A stretch of 61,818 bases of DNA from Stylophora pistillata. Taxonomy: Eukaryota. Of the stretch, positions 1 to 29,735 are shown piece by piece (the first letter of the stretch is position 1; each line of letters starts with the position of its first letter). The DNA is taken from contig NW_019217978.1 in the NCBI RefSeq assembly GCF_002571385.2, positions 356,481-418,298 on the forward strand, in the 5' to 3' direction. The notes beneath the pieces are model-generated. The model did not search any database, was not told the origin of the DNA, and was given only the letters and a program-made list of their open reading frames with translations. Made by a program: the position numbers and the translations under genes.

Positions 1-868
1 GTTTCTTGTACAGCTTTAGACCGTGATTACAATTCTATAGTCATTTATCATCCTCAGTAGCCACTTCAAGGCTCTTCATTCAGACAAGTAAAACTAGGAA
101 CTTGCTGTACTATGACCAAAGGTGGAACTGGTGACGAACATAATGTAAAAAGTCCCTTGAGGATCGACAGGTTTGAACATGAGCGCGGGAAACTGGGTCG
201 AGTACATTAGGTCAAAGTTTTTAGGTGAACATCCTACTAGTTGAGATAAGCACTGCATTGAGTAATTATTTTTTCGAAGTATTTAGACAGCCCGGGGAGT
301 GAGAGAAAATGTAGGCTGACCCACAAAAAAAAAAATAATAATACACAAAAACATTCTCTCACAGAAAATGAAAGACAAGCGAAAGAAGTGAAAGAACGAA
401 GTAGATATTGTGTATTGTCTGTTTGTTTGTGTTTTTTTTTTTAAATTTCCGGATAGTTTATTGGTGAACCACGACCTAATGTACTCGATCCAGTTTACGT
501 GGCTATTGTCAAAACATGGCTTCCCGTGGTTGTTCTGGTATTCTTGTTGTAACACCGTGATTGAGAAAAAGTAACTACAGTTAAGAATGGCTGATTTCCC
601 TGTCATAAAGAAGAACGTAATAGATTCTACTTTAAGAAGAAGTAATACACATGCAGGCAGATTCAAGTTTCATTATTTTCTTTTTTTTCCTTTTCAATTC
701 TTGAAAATTAGTCATCGATTTCTGTGATGGAGAGAGCATTGTTTTAGTACAGAAAGAAAATGTTATTCTAACAAAAGTGAAGTTAAAGTTGCTGTTTATT
801 TCAATTCTAAACGAAGGGTTACACGACGTATGATGTCACTTTGCGAATCTTTATCTTTGTTTTTTTTT

Positions 869-2309
869 TTACTTCCAATTTTTCTGCATAACGTTCCCCA
901 GGCTCTCTTTCAGGTCTTTGAGCAGGGCCTGCGCTTGTGAGCTCCTTCCTCCAGAAGACCCCCCATGACCGCCTTCAATGTCTCCAATGACGTAACCAAA
1001 CACGTCTACACAGACCCTGCCCTGGTTATCCCCTTCATGCGAATTCTTCAGATCCTCGCCGTACCAAACGCGGAGCTCCATGTGAGGTTGGAGATACAGT
1101 GGGAAGTCGAAGTTGGAGAAGACAAGCTCGTCCGAGTGCAAGTCATCTACCACAGGCATTTCGTACCACAAACTCGAACTAAGCTTGATAAACTGCGGCA
1201 GTGGAAATATTAGGTTGTTCTTCTTATCAGTGACAACCACGTTCAACGGGTAAGACTTGAGAGAACTGTGACCATGGCAACCCCAACGACTGTTGTACGC
1301 GACATCCGAGACGCATCTCACATGGCCGGACCTGTGCACAAGCTTCAAGGCACCGACCAAAATGCCTTGCGAGCCTCGATAGGTGACGTAACCAGGGCGG
1401 TTATTTCTGGCCTCAAAGCAAACTGGAAGACCAAAATTTAGTTTGTGCCAAGTGGCTTCTCCTATAGAAAACGATAGAAAATGTTAGTTTCAAGGAATGC
1501 TTTAATGAACAGCATGGAAAGATTTTTTTCCCGCCAAAACCAAGAGTAAAACAGGTCGCAGAGCAAATTTCGATGAGTATTCGAATATTCTTTCTTGTTT
1601 TATAACTGTAGCTAAAGCGCTGAAATTATAATATACCAAGATATTTGGGAACTAGAAAAAAACAATTTGGCGGACTTCTTACTCCAGAGAGGTGGTTTGA
1701 TATTATAGTCGTACAATGACAAAAAACCACACCTAAGAATGCGGGTTAGATTTGAGAAATTCAGGTTAAGCTAACTTAATTAAAAGCAGTTATTATATTT
1801 TTGGGAAAAGACTCATAACTCGGTCTTTAAAATCCAACATCTTAAGCGTCAGTGTCACTATAATTTTTCCCAGGATGTATCAAATTTAAGTCACTTTTAT
1901 GCACGTAGAATAGTGTCATTGTACCATGGATACCTGATACCATTCTGGCTAATAAGCTTGACGATTCATGAAACGGCACCCCAGTTCGCACTGGGCTTTT
2001 TGTTTCACTTTAAGCTCAATTGATAGAAGTTTCTTACAAATATTTCTTGAATTCAAAACTGGATAAAGCCAAAAATAGCGTTACGTAAAGTAGAATTTTC
2101 GACTGAAGCAACTGACAGTTTTGCAAATTTATCGTTTTATTAAAAGGAAACAAATGGAAAAGAAATCTCCTGTCTTTATAGACTGTTCAGGGCTAGGAAC
2201 ACCCCGTTCTTTGTAACCAGGCACTAGAAATTATTAACAGAGATGCACCTTTGGAAAGGAAAACGAACTTACCTTGTAATATCTGGTAGCAGAAGAAAAC
2301 GAGTAGAAC
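869..2309 (-). CDS. Small, probably secreted protein with an uncharacterised cnidarian-type domain; ATG exon not located
   Basis: Exon 2273-2309 (ag..gtaag, VLLVFFCYQILQ, signal-peptide-like) splices in phase 1 to exon 869-1461 (EATWHKLKFGLPVCFEARNN...LKLVHRSGHVRC...WGC...ELVF...LRVWYGEDL...DNQGRVCVDVFG, then a Gly/Ser linker and helical tail). The motif string resembles a domain I recall from many uncharacterised anthozoan proteins (recollection, not a search result). Confidence 0.75.
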
Positions 2310-5300
2310 CTGTTTGATAGAAAACGAACTCATTTTTGTTAAATGGTTGCCTTGTGTTCTCCTCTCAGAAAAATGGATTGAAAATGTGAGTAGCGGTCTC
2401 TAATTAAAAATCAGTGTTGGGTAAATGTTTGCATCGAGTCAATTTTTTTCCGTTACGATTTTAATTAGAAAATTAAATACATGAGGAAGTTGTTGACACA
2501 ACCGTTTTATTGGAAGTGGGTAAGTATTCTCTCAGCGCAGGTTCATAGAAGCTTAGACAAGGCACGTGTTTCATTTTTAGGCTGAAAAAATACAAACGAG
2601 TGCCTTGAACTCGTTCCCAGGAATGCTCTGTTCCTCTATCTCTTATGGGCGGGAAGACAAAAAGCTAGAAGCTCCAATAACAGGACTGATTTCTCTCGAC
2701 TTGCTAATGACGTGGAGTCAATCAAACGATATCTATTTTAAATGGTTTTCTTAAAACGAAAGAAGAGCTAGATTTATTTATTCATAGGGGCAAAAAAAAC
2801 AAAAATTGTTTTAGTTGAGGATTAATAAAAGGTGGTTCCTTAGAGTTATCAGCAGTGCTTTATAGAATCGTAGAAAACGGGTTTATATGTTTAGATTGAA
2901 TCAATAAATAACTTGGAATTTGTTCCAAGTTGGATCCTCTGTTAGTTCAGAAGAGAATTATCTTATACCTCATAATAAATACAAAATCCACACAAATGCT
3001 TATTATAGATCGGAATATGATATAACTTAATATGTGAACACTTTTATTGTTTGCTTTGTTTTTGTGTCACAAATATCTATCTTGCATAATCTAGAAGCCA
3101 CTTATTAAAAACTTATTTCGTTAAATCCTGCAGAAGACATTTTTTTTAGCAAACTAGATAAGAATAACTACAAACAAATGTCTTGCTGAGTCAGACAATA
3201 ACAAAAGGCCGTACGGTTTTATTCGATTGGTCTACCACTAGAATTTCTACCATAGTCTGAATAGGATGGAGCAATAGTACAAACAAGATGAAAGTATTGC
3301 TCGGTTGCTTTCATTCGAAAATCCACCCAGTTTTAACTTTAAAGTCTCATGCACAGAGTTTTCGTGAGAACCAGATTGAAAGTACCGCTCAGTAACTTTG
3401 AAGTGGTTATTCATTTCCCGACATTAAAAATTGTCCGAATCGCACGCACAATTTACAGTATCACGAGTACGAACCACTTAGAGCAGCGTAATAGTCCGTG
3501 CCACATTAAGTACTTCTCGATGGCTTAGATTTTATCAGAAGAAAAAAAGGGGATTGAATCAGTCCCCTTATTTCTTTTCTCTTTATTTAATGCTCGAACT
3601 TAAAACCTGTTTCGGACTGAAACAAGTTGTTTAGTAGGATGACAATTGCCCCTTTAATTAAAGGGAAGAGGTTTGTCGGGGGTCTGGGTCTACATTCTAC
3701 AATTCTCTGTTGCTACATATCACACAAGTAAATAGTGCTTTTCGCGTGCGCTGATTGGATGATTTGGAAGGGATTAACGAGCACTATTCACTTCCGTGCA
3801 GCCGAAGAGACAAAATCGCGTGTCAACAATTTAATCTCCTTCGTCCTTCCACTCTTTGGTATGTTGACGGAAATAACAATTTTATTTGGGTTTCTGTGTG
3901 GTACATTCTTAAACAATTAGTAAAAACCTTGTCGTTTAGTGGCTTGGTAAATATTTGCCACCAATCACCTCCCCTTCGGTATATAGTTGTTAATTATCGC
4001 GCCGAGTCTCTGTACTGGCTGATAAAGTCGTGTAAGGTGATCTGTTGGGATGATGTGCTTTAGACCTTGGGAGCTAAAATATGAAATTCATTCGAATTAA
4101 GAGTTCACAATTACTTTATTTGATTTTCATCTATTACAACATGTACAAATGTTTATCAGGAAATGCAGAACTTTCGCCGACAAAGATATTACTCTTTACA
4201 ATTTACACAACACGTGCAAAGAATTGAATTATAGCACAACCTTCACACTTTGATAAAAGTATAAAACATCTTAATAAAAGGATAAAGTTCGGCATTTTAT
4301 ATTACCACGTGAATACAGTAGTACAGGTGGTAAGAGAATCGATACACTAAAACTATTGTCTTAAATACATTGATCAATTTGGAGTCTAACCAACTGGTTA
4401 AAATTCACCCCTGTTATAAGGAATTTATTCGCAAACTCACCATACGCAAGCGATTTTAATTAAAAAGTTGTAAACTATTCTCCGTTGACTCGTTATCAAC
4501 CTTATTTGCAAACTCATTCCCCTCAAATTTATAGTAATTTCCTATGATCAAATATTGAAGATAACAAAAAGAAAAAAAAAAAATTACCTCGAAGCGCCTC
4601 GCAGACTTTCTTTAACGCTTTAAACCCTAGAAGTGACCAGCATCTATTTTCTCTATACCATATCACCCCTGAATCACACAGCTAGGTCACGAGAATGGCC
4701 CGAATGATCATCAATTCAAGAATAATAATGATAATAACTATAATGATATTAATAATAATAAAACATGATAAGGTCTTTCTAATTGGTCGTACTGACAATT
4801 ACGTCACCATTTACGCCCTATTCACACTAGGTGCTCTCAATAGTTAAACTAGTTTAAAATCGGCTACCTCTCTATTTATACATGTTAAAAAAAAAAAACT
4901 ATGCGTAGCTATCGCAATGTAGCGTCCGAATCGAGCTAAACTTGTTTTACCTTATTATAAGCTTGAATAAACCCTTGCACTTTCAAGATCTGATCAAGAA
5001 TTCTTCTGACTGTTTCACAATTCATTTAATGTTAGTTTTGAGAGTTTCCCGCTTTAACGGATATCCTCTGGTTGATATTTTTCTTTATTCTTNTGCGTAG
5101 CTATCGCAATGTAGCGTCCGAATCGAGCTAAACTTGTTTTACCTTATTATAAGCTTGAATAAAATCTTAATGTTGTCTTTAAAGCAAGCCATCTGATATC
5201 GTTTAAATGCTAGAAAAAATTGCTTCGAAAAGGAACTTGGTGAAAACGTGGTGCAGCGCTTCTAAAAGACGCAAAACTTTTAATCTAGAAATTGCAATGA

Positions 5301-5644
5301 CAGTTGCAGGACATAGAACTAAGAATTTAAATGAGCAATGAAACTTTTGGACGACGCCTCTACCGAAGTCAGCGGCAAGCCTAGATGTCGCTTCTTAACA
5401 TAGAAAAATCACAGGCTCGACAAAATGAGTAATTATTCTCTTCCCTTTTTTTTTTGAGTGTGGACTTCAAAGTTTACAAATTACACTCCGTCTGTTTGTT
5501 TTAAGAATTCACATAAAAGTTTATTACATTTATGACGTCAAGACAACAGTGGTGAAGTTCGTTTGGAACATCGAGTACTGGTAACGAAATTGGGCTGGAA
5601 AACTGTGTGCTCGTTTCAATCAGTGATGGCAGCATGTAATGGTA

Positions 5645-5722
5645 AGGTGAGCTCTAAAATCTAGGTGAGCTGTAAAATTAAGGTGAGCTGTAAAATCTAC
5701 AGACTAGGTGAGCTGTAAAATC
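5645..5722 (+). repeat. Short tandem repeat (GGTGAGCTGTAAAAT) x4
   Basis: Four near-identical units are directly visible. Confidence 0.8.
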
Positions 5723-6436
5723 ATACATATCACAACATTTCAATTTATATAACTATTTAGATAGTGTGAACGTGGACACAGAGTTTGCACCCCTTAAGAT
5801 TATCGCTTGCAACTTTCATGTTCATAAGGAAGATCGTCAAGCAAGCTGCGAGCACAAAAGATGCCGCAACACAAATTTGTCTTTCAGTTGTTAAGTATTT
5901 GATAAACCCTTGCACTTTCAAGATCTGATCAAAAATTCTCCTGACTGGTTCACAATTCATTTAATGTTAGTTTTGAGAGTTTCCCGCTTTAACGGATATC
6001 CTCTGGTTGATATTTTTCTTTATTCTTGTCACCTTCCGAGTCGTTAATATATGGATGTTGTAAGGAGAAATTACTTCCTAGTCACTTAAGAGAGTGAAAA
6101 GGCCCACAGGTTGAAAATTGAGACAGAAAACTACAAATGAAATTCGTTTTTGACGAGTGAGCATGCTAAACTCGGCGAAAGGAAATGTTACATGTATGTA
6201 CACAAACGTTTGAATAAATACACAGGGTGAATGCCAGAGGTGAAATCATTAACTTACAGGCTAAAATTCACACTCATCTTATAAAATTCTAAATATTTTA
6301 AAACATCTAAAAAGATTCAATTGACAACAATTTAGAAATTTCGTGGTTTCAGAAAATAGTTTCGACTTTTACAACAACTTCATGTAAGTTTTTTTACTAA
6401 GAAAAAGTTACCATAGGAGAAACCTCGTGCGACTTT

Positions 6437-22663
<16,227 letters not shown>

Positions 22664-23036
22664 TTCTAGACGATTATGATCGTGGATTTGTTGGATAAAA
22701 CATTTCAAACTATCGGCCAGCTCTGAATTCACGAGAATATATAAACAGTGAGTCACCGACGCTAAAAACGTAACACAGGCTAATTGCGCATGCTCAGATC
22801 TTCCAGTTTGCAAATTTTCATGTAAATATTTCCCATTCTGGAAACTGTGGGTTGCATATTTTCCGTGCTCATATAAAGGAAGTTAGAGAAACGACGGTTT
22901 TAACCCCGGAAAGAGTTTTTTTTTTTCAACCCCGCATGGCATGAAATGATTTATTACCTGCAAAATTTTTTTTTAACTTAGCTGAGGTTCCTACTTCATT
23001 TACCCTCCATTGCAATGTACCTCTTCAACAAAAATA
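22664..23036. promoter_or_regulatory. Bidirectional promoter between MAGI and REDIC1-like
   Basis: 373 bp between divergent ATGs; contains an NRF1-like TGCGCATGCTCA near 22785. Confidence 0.5.
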
Positions 23037-26000
23037 ATGAACTGGGTTGGAGGAGCACGGTGAGTTTATTTCTAGAAGCAAAACAACAAAAAAATTCAAA
23101 TATGACCACAATATTGACCATTTGTGGCGAAAAATTTACTCATTTAAGATAAAATATTTAAAGAATAACCGCAAAACCCCTGTAAAAAATTCAAATTTTC
23201 GTTGTCACTGGCGCGTGACGCCAGCTGAGCTCTTACGTGTTGTGGTCTGGAATGTGTGAAACGTTAATTTTGTCGAAACAATACGTTTTTTGTAGAGAAT
23301 TGTTTAATTGTTTAGCGGTTTGTGTCGGAGGAGGTATTAGTCTTCTGTTCTTTAATTAAGTTCTGTTAGGGGCCTGTGCGGTTATAATTAATTACGTTTT
23401 AAATGTCTTGTTCATTATCATACTTGCAAATCATAGAAAGCGGTATGTAAAGCGAAGCTTATCGTAGTTGATAATCCGGTATGAAATAAGCTTATTTGTA
23501 GTAGCTAAGCCGACGAGTTTGGGATATCTCCTTAAGTTTGGACCGTTGTCAAAAGAGTATTAAATCTTTGTCTGAATGGCAATGACACAAGAGAACTGAT
23601 AAATTTACCTCAGTTATTTAATTCCACAGTTTATCTTGATAACTTAACCGTTCGCTTAGTACATAATTTGAATGGGTTGGTGAAGCATAAGATTACGAAA
23701 AGTGAGTTATGTTGTCTAAGAAAATGTCCACACCCATCCAGAGGGTACAAGTAAGATCAGAAACTATTTAAATATTATGCTCTCAAAAGTTCCTCTTTTC
23801 TCCGAGGAGTGTAAAAAGATAGCAGAAAGCTGTCGTGATCACAAATGAAACTAGGACGTTCAGGAATGCGCACCTCTTAACTCAAGGGCATTTGAATTAA
23901 ATGAACCATGTGGAATTTTTTGGATGGTCACACTCATGTGAGAAAGAGGGTGCTTGTGGTGTGATTAAAAAAAAAAAAACAATCAAACAGGGGAAAAATA
24001 TCCTTGGTGGCTTAGGTTTTAATATTTTCTGGTGTTTTAACATTATCAAATTGAAAGCTATGTTGGACCTGTTAAATGCTGTTCATCTGTGTTGTTTTTT
24101 TCAGTATGGCCTGAGAAGAGATTGGGGTGCTAACAAGTCTAGGCTAGCACTAGTTACCATTTAATGTTATATGTGTTCCCATGGTAACTGTTGACAAAAT
24201 AAAAGTTCTAGACTACTGGCCTGGGTTGCTCGAAGGTTGAATAACACTATCCAATGGATAACTCTCTCTCCAGTGGATAGCGCAGTAAGTTTTGTTAACA
24301 CTTATCCACTGGATAGCAATTTATCCATTGGATAGCATTTTCCGCTTTTTGAACAACCAAGCCCTGAAGTTCAGTGTTAAAAGATGGTACAATTATGGGA
24401 ACATTTACGAACTTCATAATAGCATTATAACAAGAGAACATTATTTCTGGGTACTGTTCTATGCATTATATGATCTCATTATGTGGCTGTGTCTCACAAG
24501 GACTGGGAACTACCGAATTCACAGATTTGATTGGCTGAAATCAATATTGAAAGTGGTCTAGATTTTCCCATCTAGACCGGCATCTAGACCGGTCTAGAAA
24601 AAAAAGGCACAAAGAATATAAAAATTGGCATATAAGACACAGCCATATAATGAATATCTTATTAACCGAGCTAGGTCGGTCTATGTGGGAGAATCTTGAC
24701 CTCAGTCAAGATTTGCCNGTCCAGACCTCCGGCTTGGTTAATTAGAACTAAATACTCAGTATATATATAGTAACTGGGGCAGATCCAGGATTTAGTCAAG
24801 GGGCTTCACAGAATTGTTCAAGGGTATGCTCTCCCGGGAGATTCTGAAAGTAAGGTCTTTGGAAACATGATTTCCAGCATTTAGAGGGACAATTTAGCAG
24901 GTTTGACTGAACTACCCAAACCACCTCTGGATCCATCCCAGGGTAAAGTATAGAAAGTCTCAAGCCAGGGTCTTTTGTTATTAGGCTTGGGTTTTGTTTT
25001 ATGAGTTTGTTGTAAATTTCAATGTTCCTCTGTACACGCACTCCTCCTTGGAACAAGAAATTATGTTATTGCACCAGGGGTGGAATTCCCCAAACCGTTT
25101 TTAAAGTTAACTTATTTCTTGGAATTATTTTGGCTTTGCCCCTTCAACTCCAAGAATGTTAACTTTTCACAAATTATGACAAGTAACTCTTATTTTTCTA
25201 GGAACCGTCTCAAGCTTAAACATGAGACAAAGTTGCAAAAGGTAAAACTAAAAAAAACCTTAGTTTGAAATGTGATACAAAAATCTTTAAAATGCATTTT
25301 TTGGGCATCAAGTTGTTTTAACAGACAAGGTTCTACTTATTATAAACTCCTTGGCAATTTTCTTTTTGCTTCTTGCTCTTTTAGTTAACACACCAAAACA
25401 TCAGTGTGCATATTCTTTACACTTTATATTTATTTCCTAAGGAGAATTTGTTCAACACTACAAAGTTTATTTAGCCCTTTAACTCACAGAAGTGATTAAC
25501 ATGTAACTTCTCCCATTTAATACCATATGTCATTCAGCAAACAGGTAATGACAATGTTCAAACTTATCAGCTAAAAGTTGTTACCTTGATCTAACACAAA
25601 ATTCTTATAACTAAATTACAAAAAAAAATGTGTAGCAGTTAGAGGAGAGAATTTACAATCAGATCTGGGGGGCTAAAGGATTAATTGGTTATCATTTTCT
25701 TTATTCTCACGACCCTGATGTGCGGTTCAGGGGTGATATTGTAAGGAGAAATTAGATTCTTGTCATTCTTAGTAGTCAACTGGTTTAACTCTTTTTATAT
25801 GAACAGGAATTTTTTGAAAAGAAGCGGCATTTCAGGAACAGCAACTCAAGTACAGTTAAGAGGGTTAGTAAAGCAACAGCTCAAGCAAGCCAAGATCTCC
25901 TCAGTTTGGAGGTAATCATGGTAGCTCACAGGGAGAAAAAAGAGCAGAAAAAAGGTAATTTCACCCATTATTCTGAGAGGTGTTAAACTCATAATCTAAT

Positions 26001-26578
26001 AAGGGCTGGTTATTAATTTACAAGAGGTCTAACCCAAACTGTGGTTTTACACGATCAGTGGGCCTTGGGGTTTCTCTATAAGAGGATTGTTTTCTTTTAA
26101 TTTACTAGATAAATGTCCTTCCACTGCTAGATTTCAGTCCAGTTGACACGTCCTGTTCACTGTTGTTATTGTTATTATTGTTTTTTTTTTTAAGATAAAA
26201 GAGGCCATATCTCACAGACCATTGGTCATACCAGCTTCAAGAAATCTAGCCAAGCATCATGCTCCAGGGAAAGTTCCTTGAAGCAGCCGCAGCACATATT
26301 TCCAGAGCTCTCCCCCATCAGACCCAAGATACCAGCTGTAAATCTCAAAAAGGTAGTTATAGTCACCCCCAGGAATCAAATTGACTAATAGAGTCCAATA
26401 TTTTGCCATGTAAATTTAGTCATTTCTCTCCATATAGGATGGGCAAGGCATTCACCTTCACTCAGAGTTAGAAGATCAAGAGTTTGTCTTCAGTAGAAGG
26501 CCTTTACCAGCCTTATGCACTGATGGATGCTATTCCCAATCTGACAGACAAATAATAACAGACCATGAAAAGCCCTGA
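23037..26578 (+). CDS. REDIC1: REDIC1/C12orf40-like protein, 5 exons, 169 aa (absent from the ORF track)
   Basis: Exons 23037-23059, 25202-25241, 25807-25954, 26195-26352, 26438-26578 are GT-AG and phase-consistent. Translation MNWVGGARNRLKLKHETKLQKEFFEKKR...SQDLLSL...PELSPIRP matches the N-terminus of C12orf40/REDIC1 as I recall it (MNWVGGSR...QKEYFEK...SLDILNL). The last exon is the least certain. Confidence 0.8.
24217..24366. mobile_element. Palindromic MITE, PIF/Harbinger-like, in REDIC1-like intron 1
   Basis: GGCCTGGGTTGCTCGAA...TTGAACAACCAAGCCC ends with internal TATCCA(C/T)TGGATA palindromes. Confidence 0.55.
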
Positions 26579-29373
26579 AGTATACTGATTTTCCCTTTAA
26601 ATCAAACACGTTAAACCTTCGGAGGTTGAATTGCAGTTTTGAATGAGGCAGCCATAATTTTGTGTCCCATAAAGTTGCAAGCTCATGAATGAATCTATGA
26701 ACTAAAACTTGTTGCAAATTTTTTTAAAAAATTACAGTTGTTTAGGTGTTGAGCTTGAAAACAGATATTACACGCTTTAAAATTTACATTTTTTCAGAGA
26801 GCAAACCTTGTTTGTATGCTATTTTTTATAGCTGTAATAACAATTTATAATATTAATTAGACTATTATTTATGAAGAATATGTGATAGGTATTGTTATTT
26901 ATTTACCCAGTGAGAGAGTCCTAAGGAAATGAATATCAATCTTGATGTTTGATGTATGTTCAAGAAACGACTTAAAAAATTATTTTTGCTTCTTTGAAAA
27001 TCTGAGGTTCTTAAGAAACTTGTTGAATGTAGCTAAATCTGGGAAAAAACCAATACAAATGAAATATTTTTCTGAGATAGTTTGACAATTTTGAATATTA
27101 TCCTTATCCTTTTTGTGTAAATAAATGTGTGCTTACTGAGGAAGGATGAGGAAGCAGCCAGGGGTTTTATTAAGGGCCTTGGCACCCGGCAAATTGACCA
27201 GTTGTGAGGACGGTTATGCCAACCTGACGATCTGGAAGAAAGTTAAATTACCTTATAAGGAAGTTCAATTCAAAAAGTTTTGCACGCCCATGAAAACCAG
27301 TTGCCGTCCTGCTGAAAACGTTATGGAACCCCTGGGAAGCTAAGGTGTTGCACTGCATAAGTTTTGAGTTAATGGCATTTTAGACAGGACAGCTGTCATC
27401 CCTTAGGACACCCTCATAGTCTTCGCAGGCTTTTCTCAGTATTCGTAATCAACTCTTGAATACTTTCTGTCATCAAGCAAAGTGTCAGCCTGAGAATTTA
27501 CCAAGGGTTTTTTTTTGAAGGGGAGGGGGAGGGGCATTAAATTTTTTTAAGTGCTGTGAGAAGAGGCTACACCAATTCTGGCAGTCAACTGGTTTGGTTT
27601 TCTTTCCAAGCTTCATGTTACAGTGTATAGTCTTGAAATAATGAAGTACAAGTATTAAAGTTTCTAAAAATGAAATGTTTGTGTGCTATTAAAATGTCTA
27701 TAACTTGTGCACCTGCTGAAGAAAGAAAGACCCACACAACAAAGTGCTTACTTGAAATGCCTTAAATATCAACATTACCCAGTATTTATTTAGCAGATCT
27801 TATTTTTCTATTACAAATCTGTTTCTCTGCTAAGTCAAATGACAAAAATACAAAGTAATTCGGGAGCAGGTATGCATTTAGTAATATCCTCTTAAAGCTA
27901 CACCTTGCGCGCAACACTAATTCTATAAGGATGCTGACTTTTAGTAAAATAAATATTAATTAAAACACTGCCTGAAAATGGGCACATGTTTAGGCCTTTC
28001 AAATAAGCTGTAAGTTACAGTTAGCATCAAGATCATCATATAAGAATCAACAAAAATTCAACATTGAATAATAGAACAACTCGTAAAGAGAGAATTCCAG
28101 GATCATAATAAGTAACTGGCAAAGTGAGGTGTGCCCTTAACTATAGAAGAGTACAATGCAGGGTTTATAAAAATACCTGAAGGCTATCATGATTTTAATA
28201 TGTCTGTTCATGAGAGACCTATTTCCACCTGAGCTAAAAGTTTGAACAGGACTCAACTGGTCCAGGGTAGAATTTTATCCCTGCCAGTATCTATAACATG
28301 AATCAACTCTAGAGCAGATTTGCCTCTCCATCTGATTAAAATCCTGGTAAATTACAAGTAATCCCATTTTTAAAGGTTCTCTGACAGTTTTCTACTTTGC
28401 CAAAGTTAATACATTTTAATTTTTGTAAAAAATACTTCATTTGGAATTCTTTCATCAGTATGAAATCTATTAAAACGATTTAACCAGGTTAAAATACTTG
28501 TCATAAACATTTATTTTGTAAAAGTGATTTTTTACTTCTTTGACACCAGCAAACTATACGAGCAGCAAACTTTAGTCTGGGAACTAACTTCACTTTTCAA
28601 ATATATCATATATATATTTTTTATCTGTTAAAAATAGTTCATGGTTGCTGAGACACTCCTTTTAAGAGAATACTCATATTACACTGTATCATTGACACTG
28701 CAATTAAATTACCAAATGTTAATGAAAATTATCACATCAAACTTTTTAAAAAAGCTTATATTAAGATGCTGTATAATATTCCTTTCACACCATAAAATTT
28801 AAAATGCTCAGATTTAAAAATCTGTTTAAGATGAACATTTAAAGATAAAAAATCCATTGCCAAAAACCTTGGAAGTCAAGTACTGGATCCTAACTGGACA
28901 ACATTAAAACATTATTTCCATTTGCTCGCCTGCAAAGGAGTTAACTTGGACCATAAGCAACTGTGTTAAACCTCTGGTAAAATATAACTGACATGCAACA
29001 AAAAAACACACATAGGCTTGTGTTAATGTTGCATGAGATATATTTTTCTCATAAATTGTAAATGTGGTTGCATGATGCTCTGATTAACCCTTTAAAACCT
29101 AACATCTCTATCCATGTTCTCCATATTGTTTTCTATAGATTTCCTATGCGAGAGTTTGTCTAACAATCAAGAGAGTTGAGTTTGCCATCTTCCCTTTTTT
29201 TTCTTACAACCTTCATGTTTGTTTCAGGAATGATGTTGTGAAGAGAAATTCCATGCTAGATACTCTCAGGGGTTAAAAAGTTAATAACTTTTACACTGAA
29301 GAGCAAACAGGTCTATAAAGTTTGCTCTTGGCTACCAAACTGGACTTAAGTAATCATAAGTAATAATATCTCC

Positions 29374-29623
29374 GTATGATGCACGATCCGGGTTTATTAC
29401 AAATCAACTTAACGGCCTGCTCCCAGTTGGCTTGTTAGCTCAATTGGTAGAGCGCTGCACTAGTATCGCAGAGGTCAGTGGTTCGACTCCCGTACAGGCC
29501 TGATTTTTTTCAGGTCTGATTTTCGCTATTGCATAAATCGCGCTATCTACTGCGAGGATCGTGCATCATACGTATCTAATACTGCAGTTCAAAATATATG
29601 AACTTCATATATTTCATTGCATC
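29374..29623 (+). mobile_element. tRNA-containing non-autonomous retroelement with a 5' inverted segment and 13-bp TSD, ~110 bp past the BicD stop
   Basis: TSD TAATAATATCTCC (29361-29373, 29624-29636); cloverleaf-like 29429-29501 with A/B boxes; the first 16 nt are an inverted copy of 29556-29571. Confidence 0.8.
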
Positions 29624-29735
29624 TAATAATATCTCCATTGCACCTACAGGTATAGTTACTGAGAGTATAACTCTATTATCATTTGTAGGAAATTACTGAT
29701 TAAAAATAGGTAACCTTTGGGAGGAAAATAAACCT

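Noticed and set aside
170-520. Short inverted repeat (170-213 vs 473-520) and ORF 283-666
   Set aside because: Probably ends of dispersed repeats; the ORF is low-complexity with no recognisable motif.
4902-5163. Local duplication around the single N at 5094 (4902-4970 repeated at 5095-5163; 4967-5093 resembles 5903-6027)
   Set aside because: Near-identical copies joined at a contig break; probably a haplotype or assembly artefact.
22664-22813. N-terminal extension of MAGI ORF 22337-22813
   Set aside because: Starts at a non-ATG codon in the promoter; the first ATG in frame is at 22663.
29429-29501. Possible tRNA gene (AGT anticodon)
   Set aside because: Anticodon and T stems have mismatches, and it lies inside a TSD-flanked repeat with a second copy in the window.
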